NCBI GenBank assembly: GCA_013388685.1
Contig: JACAET010000048.1
Location: 17,552-81,551 of the forward strand
Direction: 5' to 3'
DNA length: 64,000 bases
Source: Chloroflexota bacterium
GTDB lineage: Bacteria > Chloroflexota > Anaerolineae > Anaerolineales > Villigracilaceae
Both the position numbers and the translations under genes were made by a program. The notes below the pieces were generated by a model. It was not told the DNA's origin. It did no database searches and saw only the letters and a list, made by a program, of their open reading frames with translations. Of this stretch, positions 9,390-18,411 are shown in pieces. Position 1 is the first letter of the stretch. Each line of letters begins with the position of its first letter.

Positions 9390-10709
9390 ATGCGAATTCT
9401 GAAATTCATCTCGTATTCGTTCGGTAACTTTGCCAATACCATCGCCTATCAGGTGTTCGGCAACCGCATCAATTTCTACTATGTGGATGTGCTGGGACTC
9501 AATGCCAGCGTGGCGGGCATTTTGTGGAGCATCTACGGGCTGTGGAATGCCATCAACGACCCGCTGATGGGGCAGGTCTCGGACCGCACGCGCTCGAAAT
9601 TCGGACGGCGCGTACCCTATGTGGCGTTCGGCGCCATCCCGCTGGGACTGTCGTTCTTCTTCCTGTGGACGCCGCCCTCGCAGAGTCCGTGGCTTCTCGC
9701 CGCGTACTTTCTGATGATCCTGTTCATCTTCGATACGCTCTACAGCCTGACCATCATTGCCTATAACTCGCTTTTCCCTGAAGTGGCGCCGACCGCGCGC
9801 GACCGCATTGACCTTTCCGCCACGCGCGAGATCCTGGCGACGGTGGCGTTGCTGGCGTCGTTCATCCTTGCGCCGATTATCGCCGAGGAGGTCGGTTACT
9901 TCACCATGGGGGCAATCATGGGCACATTGATCGCGGCGGGCTATCTGATCGCCATGATCGGCGTCAGGGAGAAGCCGATTGACGAAACGAAGGAACAGTC
10001 GTTTGGGCTGGGCCATTCGCTCAAGATTGTGCTGGCAAACCGCGCCTTCCGCTGGTTTCTCGGCGCGAACATCTCGAAGGAGTACATCTGGCTGCTGCTG
10101 GCGGCGATGCTTCCGTTCTGGCGCAAGTACGCGCTCGGCATTCAGGGTGAAGTGACCGTGTTCGGCATGTCGCTCAGCGGCGGCGATGCGGAAGCCATCC
10201 TGTTGGGCGTGCCCATCCTGCTGACAATTCCCTTCGTACTCATCTGGCGTCCATTCGTCTCGCGCTGGGGCTACCGCAAAACGTGGATGATCGGCACGCT
10301 GACGTTCATCCCCGGCTTGCTGGCGATAACCTTCGCCCGCGACTTCTACACGGGTCTGCTCGGCACGATGCTGGTCATCCCTGGTCTCGCCAATTCGATG
10401 ATCATGCCCTTCCCCATCATCTCCGAGATCATTGACGAAGACGCCAAACTCGAACACGGCTTCCGCCGCGAAGGTCTGTTCTTCGGCATGAACGGCGGCA
10501 TCGTCAAACTGGCGTTCTCGGCGCAGGGCATTCTGTTTGCCATCGTCACCGCGCTCACGGGCTTCTCGGAGGGCAATCCCGTGCAAACCGAAACTGCCAT
10601 CTGGGGTATCCGCTTTCTCATTGGCGTCACGCCTGCCATTGCCGCCCTCCTCGTGTGGTTCTGCATGTGGAAATACCCGCTCGGGCGCGAGATCCACCAC
10701 CGTGCCTAG
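9390..10709 (+). CDS. MFS transporter, GPH (MelB-like) family
   Basis: Motif WNAINDPLMGQVSDRTRSKFGRR, REGLFFG, about 12 TM segments, and SD GGAGG. Confidence 0.88.
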   Translation: MRILKFISYSFGNFANTIAYQVFGNRINFYYVDVLGLNASVAGILWSIYGLWNAINDPLMGQVSDRTRSKFGRRVPYVAFGAIPLGLSFFFLWTPPSQSPWLLAAYFLMILFIFDTLYSLTIIAYNSLFPEVAPTARDRIDLSATREILATVALLASFILAPIIAEEVGYFTMGAIMGTLIAAGYLIAMIGVREKPIDETKEQSFGLGHSLKIVLANRAFRWFLGANISKEYIWLLLAAMLPFWRKYALGIQGEVTVFGMSLSGGDAEAILLGVPILLTIPFVLIWRPFVSRWGYRKTWMIGTLTFIPGLLAITFARDFYTGLLGTMLVIPGLANSMIMPFPIISEIIDEDAKLEHGFRREGLFFGMNGGIVKLAFSAQGILFAIVTALTGFSEGNPVQTETAIWGIRFLIGVTPAIAALLVWFCMWKYPLGREIHHRA

Positions 10710-10802
10710 TGGACGCTCTGTTGTGCCAATGGGGATGTCACCCTCCCGCCCTCTCGGGCAGTGCCAGGGAAGAACATCTCCTGCGCGTTGGGAATATACA
10801 AA

Positions 10803-10851
10803 AGACGCCCTCCAGCGTCGGATCGCGTAAGAGACGCTCTCCAGCGTCGGA
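10803..10851. repeat. Two tandem 20-nt hairpin units directly upstream of an RBS
   Basis: AGACGCCCTCCAGCGTCGGA (10803-10822) and AGACGCTCTCCAGCGTCGGA (10832-10851). Each contains a GACGC/GCGTC stem. Confidence 0.7.
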
Positions 10852-10865
10852 AAAGGAGACTCACC

Positions 10866-11255
10866 ATGACCGAAGACACCAAACTCACCTGGCTCAAACG
10901 GGTGCTTATCTTCAAAATCCTCGTCGTTGCCCTGCTCTGGGGTCTGCCCACCCTGCTCGGACCCGAATCCTTCCTCCAAATGCTCGGCGAGCAGATCCCC
11001 AACCCGCCTTTTTACATGCGCATCTTCGGCGCGACGCAAATCGGCTTGGTCTTCCTCTATTTTCTCGCCTACCAAAACCCCGTCAGAAACCGCGACATCA
11101 TCCGCTACGCCGTGTGGGACAACTCCGTCGCCTTTCTGACCATGATGGGCTACGCCGCGACAATCGGCATCACCAACCCAACGGTCTGGCTCTCCGCCGC
11201 GCTGGTCTTGTTTTTTGCCGTTGCGTTCTATTTCTTGATTCCAAAAGCCGCCTGA
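10866..11255 (+). CDS. Small multi-pass membrane protein of unknown function
   Basis: 129 aa from MTEDTKL with four hydrophobic segments. AAGGAG lies upstream of the ATG at 10866. Confidence 0.75.
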   Translation: MTEDTKLTWLKRVLIFKILVVALLWGLPTLLGPESFLQMLGEQIPNPPFYMRIFGATQIGLVFLYFLAYQNPVRNRDIIRYAVWDNSVAFLTMMGYAATIGITNPTVWLSAALVLFFAVAFYFLIPKAA

Positions 11256-11265
11256 CCAATTCCCC

Positions 11266-12645
11266 ATGCTTGACCCCGCCCTCGACTACGCCCGCGCAAA
11301 CCGACAGACGCATCTCTCCCGACTTTGCCACTGGCTGCGCATCCCAAGCATTTCGACGACGCCTGAGCATTCCTCCGATGTCCGCCGCGCCGCCGAATTT
11401 GCCGCCCAGTATTTGCGCGACATGGGAATGCCCGACGTCGAAATCCGCGAAACGACAGGCCACCCCATCGTCTACGCACGATATGCCAACCCGCAGCCTT
11501 CCAACCTGCCAACCCTCTTGATCTACGGGCACTTCGACGTCCAACCCACCGACCCCGAAGACGAGTGGACGCGTCCTCCCTTCGAGCCGACCCTTGAAGG
11601 CGAGACCCTGTATGCCCGCGGCGCATCGGATGACAAGGGGCAGGTGTTCGCCGTGCTCGCCGCGCTGGAAAGTTACCTGAAAACAAGCGGACGCCTGCCC
11701 GTCAACGTCAAAATCCTGCTCGAAGGCGAAGAGGAAATCACCAGCCCGAGCCTCTTCCCCTACCTCCGCGCCCACGCCGACGAACTCACCGCCGACGCCA
11801 TCCTCATCGCCGACCAGGACATGCTCGACCCGCAGCATCCCGTCATCATGTGGGGGGTGCGCGGCAACCTCTACGCCGAAATCGAGGTGCGCGGTCCCGC
11901 CCATGACCTGCATTCCGGCACCTTCGGCGGCGGTGTGGACAATCCGTTCAATGTGCTGGTTCGTTTACTGGCGGCGCTGCAGGACGGCGAGACGCGCAGG
12001 GTGTTGATCCCCGGCTTTTACGATTCCGTTGAAGAACTCACGGACGAAGAGCGCGCCCTCATCGCCCAGGCTCCCATTCACGACGGAGTCGGCTTGTACC
12101 TTACGGGCGCGCCCGCGCTGGGCGGGGAGACGGGTTATCCGCTGGCGGAACGGGTGAGCGTGCGACCGACGTTCGAGGTTCATGGCATTGCAGGCGGGTT
12201 CACCGGCGCAGGGTCGAAGACGGTCATCCCCGCAAAGGCGACCGCCAAGGTGAGCATGCGTCTCGTCCCCAGGCAAACGCCCGATGAGGTCTTCGAGGCG
12301 CTGAAATCGTATCTGCACTTCCTCTGCCCGCCGACGGTCAAATTGGAAGTGAGAGCCATCGGCAAGGCGCACCCGGTCAAGATGGACTACCAGGCGCCCG
12401 CTGTTCAGGCGGCGGCGGTTTCCTACGAAAAAGGATTCGGGCACAAGCCCATCTACCTGCGCGGCGGCGGATCGCTGCCGATTGTGTACGAGATGATCGA
12501 AACCTTGAAAGCCCCTGTGGTGATGATCGGCTTTGGTCTGCCCGACGACCGCACCCACTCGCCGAACGAAAAATTCTTCCTCCCGAATTTTTATCGCGGC
12601 ATCGAGACGGTGATTCACTATCTGGATGTGTTTTCAAAGATTTAA
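11266..12645 (+). CDS. M20/M25/M40 family metallo-dipeptidase
   Basis: YGHFDVQP, RGASDDKG, EGEEE and HSPNEK. Confidence 0.9.
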   Translation: MLDPALDYARANRQTHLSRLCHWLRIPSISTTPEHSSDVRRAAEFAAQYLRDMGMPDVEIRETTGHPIVYARYANPQPSNLPTLLIYGHFDVQPTDPEDEWTRPPFEPTLEGETLYARGASDDKGQVFAVLAALESYLKTSGRLPVNVKILLEGEEEITSPSLFPYLRAHADELTADAILIADQDMLDPQHPVIMWGVRGNLYAEIEVRGPAHDLHSGTFGGGVDNPFNVLVRLLAALQDGETRRVLIPGFYDSVEELTDEERALIAQAPIHDGVGLYLTGAPALGGETGYPLAERVSVRPTFEVHGIAGGFTGAGSKTVIPAKATAKVSMRLVPRQTPDEVFEALKSYLHFLCPPTVKLEVRAIGKAHPVKMDYQAPAVQAAAVSYEKGFGHKPIYLRGGGSLPIVYEMIETLKAPVVMIGFGLPDDRTHSPNEKFFLPNFYRGIETVIHYLDVFSKI

Positions 12646-12665
12646 CCCTGGTGGAGCAAGTAGTC

Positions 12666-12949
12666 GGTCGAAAATCATTCGACGTGCAGGAGACGTTCTC
12701 TAACGTCTAAACATGCGCTAGAGAGCGCATTCTACGCGCAATTTGCGGATGAAAAGGCACTTTTAAAACACTTTCTAACATCCATGTCGGCGCAAGAGAA
12801 CGCCGACTGTGCCAATGGATTTCTAGAACTTGTCTCAAAAATACCCTGTCACCCTGAGGGAGCGGTTGTTACGACCGAAGAGTCTCTTGTTTTTGGTCGT
12901 AGAGACCCTTCGCTGTGCTCAGGGTGACATTTTGAGATGACTTGTAAAA
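12666..12949. repeat. Composite palindromic dispersed repeat (REP/MITE-like), copy 2
   Basis: Same modules and the same + strand orientation as 6733-6969, but with a different, longer central spacer (12701-12785). Confidence 0.85.
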
Positions 12950-12981
12950 GGTTGTTCGACCAACAAATAACAGGAGATTCC

Positions 12982-14412
12982 ATGTACATTCCCCAAACTG
13001 GACTGTCCAAAGAAGAAATTCTTGCCACCCTGCGCGCCTTCAAGTCTCGCGACATGGATTGGAAGGCGGGAAAAGTTTTCTGCTACGTCTATAATCCGGG
13101 CGAGGATCCCGCCGAGGTCACGCGCGAAGCGTATCTGGAGTTTCTCACCGAAAACGGCCTCGACCCGACCGTCTTCCCCTCGATGCTCAAACTCGAGACC
13201 GACGTCGTCCGCATGACCCTCAACCTGCTGCACGGCGATGCAAACGCCGTGGGGCATCTCACCACAGGCGGGACGGAGTCCATCCTGCTGGCGGTCAAGA
13301 CCGCCCGCGACAAAGCCCGCGCCGAAAAGCCGCACATCAAAGAGCCCGAGATGATTCTGCCCAAGACCGCGCACGCCGCCTTTCACAAAGCCGCCCATTA
13401 CCTGTGCGTCAAGCCTGTCGTCGTGGATATTGACCCGCAGACCTTCAAAGTCCGCGCGGAGGATATGGAGAAGGCAATTACAGGAAATACCATCCTGCTG
13501 GTGGCGTCCGCGCCGAGTTACTCGCAAGGCGTGATTGACCCGATTGCAGAGATCGGTGCGCTCGCGCAGAAACACAATCTGCTCTTTCATGTGGATGCCT
13601 GTGTGGGCGGTGTGCATCTCTCGTTCATGCGCAAACTCGGCTACGAAGTTCCTGACTTCGATTTCAACGTGCCGGGCGTCACCTCCATCTCGTGTGACCT
13701 GCACAAATACGGCTACGCGGCGAAGGGCTGTTCGGTGATCATGTATCGCAGCAAGGCGATTCGCAAATATCAGATCTTTGCCTGCACCGACACGACCGCT
13801 TACACACTCATCAATCCCACCGTGTTGAGCAGTAAGGGCGGCGGTCCCTACGCGGGCGCCTGGGCGCTGATGAACTTCCTCGGCGAGGAGGGCTACAAAC
13901 GCATCGTCCAGACCGTGCAGGAGGCGGCGAAAAAATTGATGGACGGGATCAACGCCATCCCCGAACTACGCGTGCTGGGTCAGCCCGCCATGTGTATGTT
14001 CTCGTTCGCTTCGGAGGTCATCAACGTCTATCAACTTGCGGACGAGATGGCGAAGCGTGGCTGGTATTTGCAGGGGCAATTTTCCACGCCTCTGACTCCC
14101 CGCAACCTGCACGTCTCCCTGAACTTTGGCAACGCCCACCGTGTGGACGCCCTGCTGGCAGACCTGCGCGACGGTGTGAAGATCGTCAAAACCAAGACGC
14201 CGATTGACTCAGACGCCATTCGCGCCATGGTTGGCGCGGCGGTTCAAAGTCCGGACCCTGAGGCGGCGTTCGGTCAACTGGCTGTATCCGCCGGTCTGAC
14301 CGGCACCGATCTGCCCAGCGAGATGGCGTTCATCAACGAAGTCCTGGATGCCCTGCCCGATGCGTTGTGCAATGTCTTTTTAGTTAACTATTTCAATGAT
14401 TTGTACTCATAA
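12982..14412 (+). CDS. Group II PLP-dependent decarboxylase family, sphingosine-1-phosphate lyase-like
   Basis: TTGGTESI, AHAAFHKA, HVDACVGG and CDLHKYGY (PLP Lys). The N-terminus GLSKEEIL...W resembles bacterial SPL. SD CAGGAG precedes the ATG at 12982. Confidence 0.8.
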   Translation: MYIPQTGLSKEEILATLRAFKSRDMDWKAGKVFCYVYNPGEDPAEVTREAYLEFLTENGLDPTVFPSMLKLETDVVRMTLNLLHGDANAVGHLTTGGTESILLAVKTARDKARAEKPHIKEPEMILPKTAHAAFHKAAHYLCVKPVVVDIDPQTFKVRAEDMEKAITGNTILLVASAPSYSQGVIDPIAEIGALAQKHNLLFHVDACVGGVHLSFMRKLGYEVPDFDFNVPGVTSISCDLHKYGYAAKGCSVIMYRSKAIRKYQIFACTDTTAYTLINPTVLSSKGGGPYAGAWALMNFLGEEGYKRIVQTVQEAAKKLMDGINAIPELRVLGQPAMCMFSFASEVINVYQLADEMAKRGWYLQGQFSTPLTPRNLHVSLNFGNAHRVDALLADLRDGVKIVKTKTPIDSDAIRAMVGAAVQSPDPEAAFGQLAVSAGLTGTDLPSEMAFINEVLDALPDALCNVFLVNYFNDLYS

Positions 14413-14440
14413 GTGCCGGTCCGCCATTCGGGAAACTCGC

Positions 14441-14449
14441 TGATATAAT
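14441..14449 (+). promoter_or_regulatory. Extended -10 promoter (TGnTATAAT) for the pseudouridine synthase gene
   Basis: TGATATAAT ends 9 nt before the ATG at 14459, with no SD in between. Confidence 0.6.
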
Positions 14450-14458
14450 TCCGTCACC

Positions 14459-15202
14459 ATGTTGGAAAGATTGCAAAAAATACTTGCGCAGGCAGGCTAT
14501 GGCTCACGGCGCTCCTGCGAAGAGATGATCTTAGCGGGCCGTGTGCGGGTGAACGGATCGTTGGCAGTGTTGGGTCAAAAGGCGGATCCCTTAAAGGATA
14601 CAATCACTCTGGACGGGAAGCCAATTCCCGCGGCGGAGGTATTGATTTATATCGCGCTCCATAAACCGAGGAATGTTCTGTCCACGGTTGAAAACGAACC
14701 CGGCGATGGTCGCCGGAACGTTCGTGATCTTGTGGATGTGCAGGAAAATATCCATCCCGTCGGGCGGCTCGATTACGAAAGCGAAGGTCTGGTGCTGATG
14801 ACCAACGACGGCGACCTGACCAACCGTCTCACGCATCCGCGTTACGGGCATGAGAAGGAGTACCGCGTCCTGCTGGCGAAGCGCCCGGATCAGGAGCAGA
14901 TCGAAACGTGGGCGCGTGGCGTGGTTCTCGAGGATGGGTACAAAACGGCGCCGGTGGATGTTCGCTTGGAGGCAACTCAGGGCAAGGGCGCCTGGGTGAG
15001 GGTCGTCATGCAGGAGGGGCGCAAGCGGCAGATCCGCGAGACGTGCAAGCAGTTGGGGCTTCCCGTGGTGCGCATTGTGCGCATCCGTCTCGGGACTTTG
15101 CGGCTGGGCAACCTCAAACCGCGTCAATGGCGGTATCTGACAAAAGCGGAAGTGGATGAGTTGAAAACGGGCAGTTCGTTAAACCGCAGGAACCGCCGTT
15201 GA
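14459..15202 (+). CDS. rluB: rRNA pseudouridine synthase, RsuA/RluB family
   Basis: S4 domain (ERLQKILAQAGYGSRR), catalytic GRLDYESEGL, and EGRKRQIR. Confidence 0.88.
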   Translation: MLERLQKILAQAGYGSRRSCEEMILAGRVRVNGSLAVLGQKADPLKDTITLDGKPIPAAEVLIYIALHKPRNVLSTVENEPGDGRRNVRDLVDVQENIHPVGRLDYESEGLVLMTNDGDLTNRLTHPRYGHEKEYRVLLAKRPDQEQIETWARGVVLEDGYKTAPVDVRLEATQGKGAWVRVVMQEGRKRQIRETCKQLGLPVVRIVRIRLGTLRLGNLKPRQWRYLTKAEVDELKTGSSLNRRNRR

Positions 15203-15220
15203 GGCGGCTCCTGTGGTTTT
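15181..15220. terminator. Hairpin terminator between convergent genes
   Basis: AAACCGCAGGAACCGCC-GTTGA-GGCGGCTCCTGTGGTTT, an imperfect stem followed by T residues. Confidence 0.55.
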
Positions 15221-15229
15221 GCGGTTGCA

Positions 15230-15871
15230 TCAACTCTGCCGAATATCCCAGAATTTTTTGACGACATCCTTCAAAACAGTCTTGACATCGTTGGGTTTTA
15301 CGCCTTCCGCTTTGAAGGTCAGAATTTTGGTGCTGGCATCTTCCCCGGCAAAAAAACCGAATGAAATAAAGTTGCCGCCTGCATTGGCAATCGCCTTGGT
15401 GACCTTGGCAAGTTCGCCGGGTTTGTCCTCGATGGTAGCCGTCACGCGGACGCCTTTGTCGCGGGCGCCCATCAGCTCCAAAAAGACTTTGAACAGGTCG
15501 GTTTCGGTGATCATCCCCACCACTCTTTCGCCGTCCACCACAGGCAAACCGCCGATTTTCTTGTCCGCCATGATGCGGGCGGCTTCCTCGATGGGCGTGT
15601 CGCGATTGACTGTGATGACCTTTTTCGTCATGACATTCTTGACCTTGACCTTGCTGATCAGGTAGTTCATTTCCCATATACTCAGCGTGGTGGCGGAAGA
15701 TGGGGAGGCGTTCAATAAATCCTTTTCAGAGACAATGCCGACCAGTTTGCCGTCCTTCATCACCGGCGCGCGGCGGATGTGTTCCTTCTTGAACATCACC
15801 AAAGCGTCGCTAATGGGCGTCTCCGGTGTGACCGAAATGACAGGGCGGGACATTCTTTCACCGACAAACAT
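15230..15871 (-). CDS. CBS-pair plus ACT domain protein (AcuB-like)
   Basis: Two CBS motifs (LVGIVSEKDL, VVGMITETDL) and an ACT-like DKPGELAKV. SD GGAGG. Confidence 0.88.
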   Translation of the reverse strand: MFVGERMSRPVISVTPETPISDALVMFKKEHIRRAPVMKDGKLVGIVSEKDLLNASPSSATTLSIWEMNYLISKVKVKNVMTKKVITVNRDTPIEEAARIMADKKIGGLPVVDGERVVGMITETDLFKVFLELMGARDKGVRVTATIEDKPGELAKVTKAIANAGGNFISFGFFAGEDASTKILTFKAEGVKPNDVKTVLKDVVKKFWDIRQS

Positions 15872-15977
15872 GGTTACCTCCTGGTGAGTAATTTAATGGG
15901 GTTGACTGCCAGCGATTATACAACGGCTCATATCCGCTGAAGTCACGAAATTGGAGTGATTTAGGTCATATTGGCGG

Positions 15978-16688
15978 CTACAACCCCAGGTACGTCGAGC
16001 GAACGTGCTTGTCCTTGATGAGTTTGCGCGCGGGTCCTTCCATTTTTACCTTGCCTTCTGCCAGTACATAGCCGTAATCGCTGATCGTAAGAGCCAGTTG
16101 CACATTTTGCTCCACCAGCAGGATGGTGATGCCTTCCTGACGGAGAAGTTTCAGGCCTTCGAATAACTGAAGGACAAGCACCGGCGCAAGCCCCAACGAC
16201 AACTCGTCAATGATGAGAATAAGCGGCTCTGCCATGATGCCGCGTGCTACGGCAAGCATCTGTTGTTCGCCGCCGCTCAACGTTCCGGCTTTCTGCCTGC
16301 TTCGCTCTTTGAGACGTGGAAACATTTCGTATACGCGCTCGAGGTTTCTTTGGAAGTTGGGTCTGGCGCGCTGGTTCGTTGCTCCCATTTCGAGGTTTTC
16401 GTGTACGGTCATGTCGGTGAAGAGTTGACGTCCTTCTGGAACAAGTACCAGTCCCATTTCGGCTTTGGTGTAGGCGGATAGTTTGTTTACCTCTTTACCG
16501 TCGAACAATATAACGCCGCTCCACGGGCGAATCAGCCCCATCACCGTACGAAGCAGTGTGGTTTTTCCCACGCCGTTCCCGCCGACGAGACAGGTAAGTT
16601 TTCCTTTTTCGAGCGATAAAGAAGCGCCCCACAGGATTTGTACGTCTCCGTAGCCGGAGGTCACGTCTTTGATTTCGAGCAGCGCCAT
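15978..16688 (-). CDS. livF: Branched-chain amino acid-type ABC transporter ATPase
   Basis: GGNGVGKTT, LSGGEQQ and DELSLGLAP. Confidence 0.9.
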   Translation of the reverse strand: MALLEIKDVTSGYGDVQILWGASLSLEKGKLTCLVGGNGVGKTTLLRTVMGLIRPWSGVILFDGKEVNKLSAYTKAEMGLVLVPEGRQLFTDMTVHENLEMGATNQRARPNFQRNLERVYEMFPRLKERSRQKAGTLSGGEQQMLAVARGIMAEPLILIIDELSLGLAPVLVLQLFEGLKLLRQEGITILLVEQNVQLALTISDYGYVLAEGKVKMEGPARKLIKDKHVRSTYLGL

Positions 16689-16690
16689 GT

Positions 16691-17443
16691 TTATTCCTCC
16701 TCCAGCAGTTGTTCTGCCAGTTTGGGGTCGCCCAGATATGCCTCGATGACCTTTTCGTTTTTGGCAATCTCCTCGGGCGAGCCTTCTGCAATTTGCTGAC
16801 CATAGTCCAGCACGATGATGCGATCAGAGACGTTCATCACTGCCTTCATCAGGTGTTCAATCATGATGATGGTAATGCCTTTTTCGCGAATCTTCAAAAT
16901 AGTCTGAATCATGCCGTCAATTTCAGAGGGATTGAGACCGGCGAGCACCTCGTCCAGCAGCAGAAGATAAGGACGCGCCGCCAGTGCGCGCGCCATCTCC
17001 AGGCGCTTCTTTTGCGTGACGTTCAAACTGCCTGCCAATTGCTCGGCTTTGGCTGCCAGCCCGACAAATTCCAGCACCTCGTCGGCAATCTTTGCCGCAT
17101 GGGTGAGAGGATGCTGTTCATGTCCAAAACATGCTCCTACCATTACATTTTCCCGAACCGTGAGATCGTTCAACGGTTGGACGATTTGATGGGTGCGCGC
17201 CATTCCCAGATGGGCATGTTCATAGGGCTTTGCGCGCGTCACGTCCTTTTCACGAAAGAGGATGCGCCCCTCTTCGGGCGGGAATACACCGTTGATGGCG
17301 TTGAAGAGAGTAGTCTTGCCGGCGCCGTTCGGGCCGATCAGCCCCAAAATTTGTCCCTGAGGCAGATCGAAGGTCACATTGGTGAGCGCCTGCAGCCCGC
17401 CGAATCGTTTCGAAACGCCTTGTACAGAAAGTAAAATGGTCAT
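16691..17443 (-). CDS. livG: Branched-chain amino acid-type ABC transporter ATPase
   Basis: GPNGAGKTT and LLLDEVLAGL. Start MTILL overlaps the livM stop (ATGA). Confidence 0.9.
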   Translation of the reverse strand: MTILLSVQGVSKRFGGLQALTNVTFDLPQGQILGLIGPNGAGKTTLFNAINGVFPPEEGRILFREKDVTRAKPYEHAHLGMARTHQIVQPLNDLTVRENVMVGACFGHEQHPLTHAAKIADEVLEFVGLAAKAEQLAGSLNVTQKKRLEMARALAARPYLLLLDEVLAGLNPSEIDGMIQTILKIREKGITIIMIEHLMKAVMNVSDRIIVLDYGQQIAEGSPEEIAKNEKVIEAYLGDPKLAEQLLEEE

Positions 17444-18411
17444 GCCAGCAGCCTCCTCAACGGCGGGATACGGTGACGCAGCCACCCGATGGCGCCTGCA
17501 GGAATGAACAGCACAATCACGAGCAGCAATACACCCGAGACGGAAAGTTGGATATCCTTGAACACCGGACTGGTGACCAGATAACCGCGCATTCCCTGGT
17601 AGGCAAACGCGCCGAGGATGGGTCCAAAAACAGTACCTTGTCCGCCAAGCATTACCATCACCAGTAGTTCGATGGAAGAGTGCAGCGGGAAGGCGTCATG
17701 CGGCTCTACATTGCCGTTCTTGAAGAAAAACAACACGCCCACCATGCCGGGAATGATGGCAGAAAGCACATACGCCCATGTCTTTGCGCGGGGTGTCACA
17801 ACGCCCATCACCTCTGCCGCGTCTTCATTCTCTCGTATGGCGAGAAGCCCCAACCCGAACTTGGATGAACGAACCATATAACTTAGGATGAGCGCCAGCA
17901 GGGCAAGCCCTGCGCCAATGTAGAAAGCAGTTTGCAATGCCTGCGCGGCGCCGCCATACTCCTTGTAAACGCTGAACTTTAAGGTGATGCCGGTTGGTCC
18001 ACCGAACAACTCGAAGTTATTGATGAACGCCCGCATCGCTTCGTTGACGCCGATGGTTGCCAGCGCAAAATAAGCGCCACGCAGCCTCAAAATCGCCGAA
18101 CCGAGCAGGAGCGCCAGCAGCCCGGAGGCAACCCCCCCGGCGAGAAGGGCCTCCCCAAGCGACCAGCCCTTTTCGGTCAAAAGATAGATGCCCACGTATC
18201 CCCCGAAACCGTAAAAGACAATATGACCGAAACTTACGTAGCCTGTGTAGCCAAGCAGGATGTTCAAACTGCTCGCAAGCGCAACAGCCTTGAGGATGGT
18301 GAAGACGCTTTCCCGGTTGGCAGGATTATCGGTGACAACAGGCCACAGCGCCAGAGCGGTTACCGTCAGTAGCGGAAGGACAATGCCGAGGTGTTTTTTC
18401 CACGCGTTCAT
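17440..18411 (-). CDS. livM: Branched-chain amino acid-type ABC permease
   Basis: GYTGYVSFGH, LRGAYFALAT and AIRENEDAA. Confidence 0.9.
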   Translation of the reverse strand: MNAWKKHLGIVLPLLTVTALALWPVVTDNPANRESVFTILKAVALASSLNILLGYTGYVSFGHIVFYGFGGYVGIYLLTEKGWSLGEALLAGGVASGLLALLLGSAILRLRGAYFALATIGVNEAMRAFINNFELFGGPTGITLKFSVYKEYGGAAQALQTAFYIGAGLALLALILSYMVRSSKFGLGLLAIRENEDAAEVMGVVTPRAKTWAYVLSAIIPGMVGVLFFFKNGNVEPHDAFPLHSSIELLVMVMLGGQGTVFGPILGAFAYQGMRGYLVTSPVFKDIQLSVSGVLLLVIVLFIPAGAIGWLRHRIPPLRRLLA

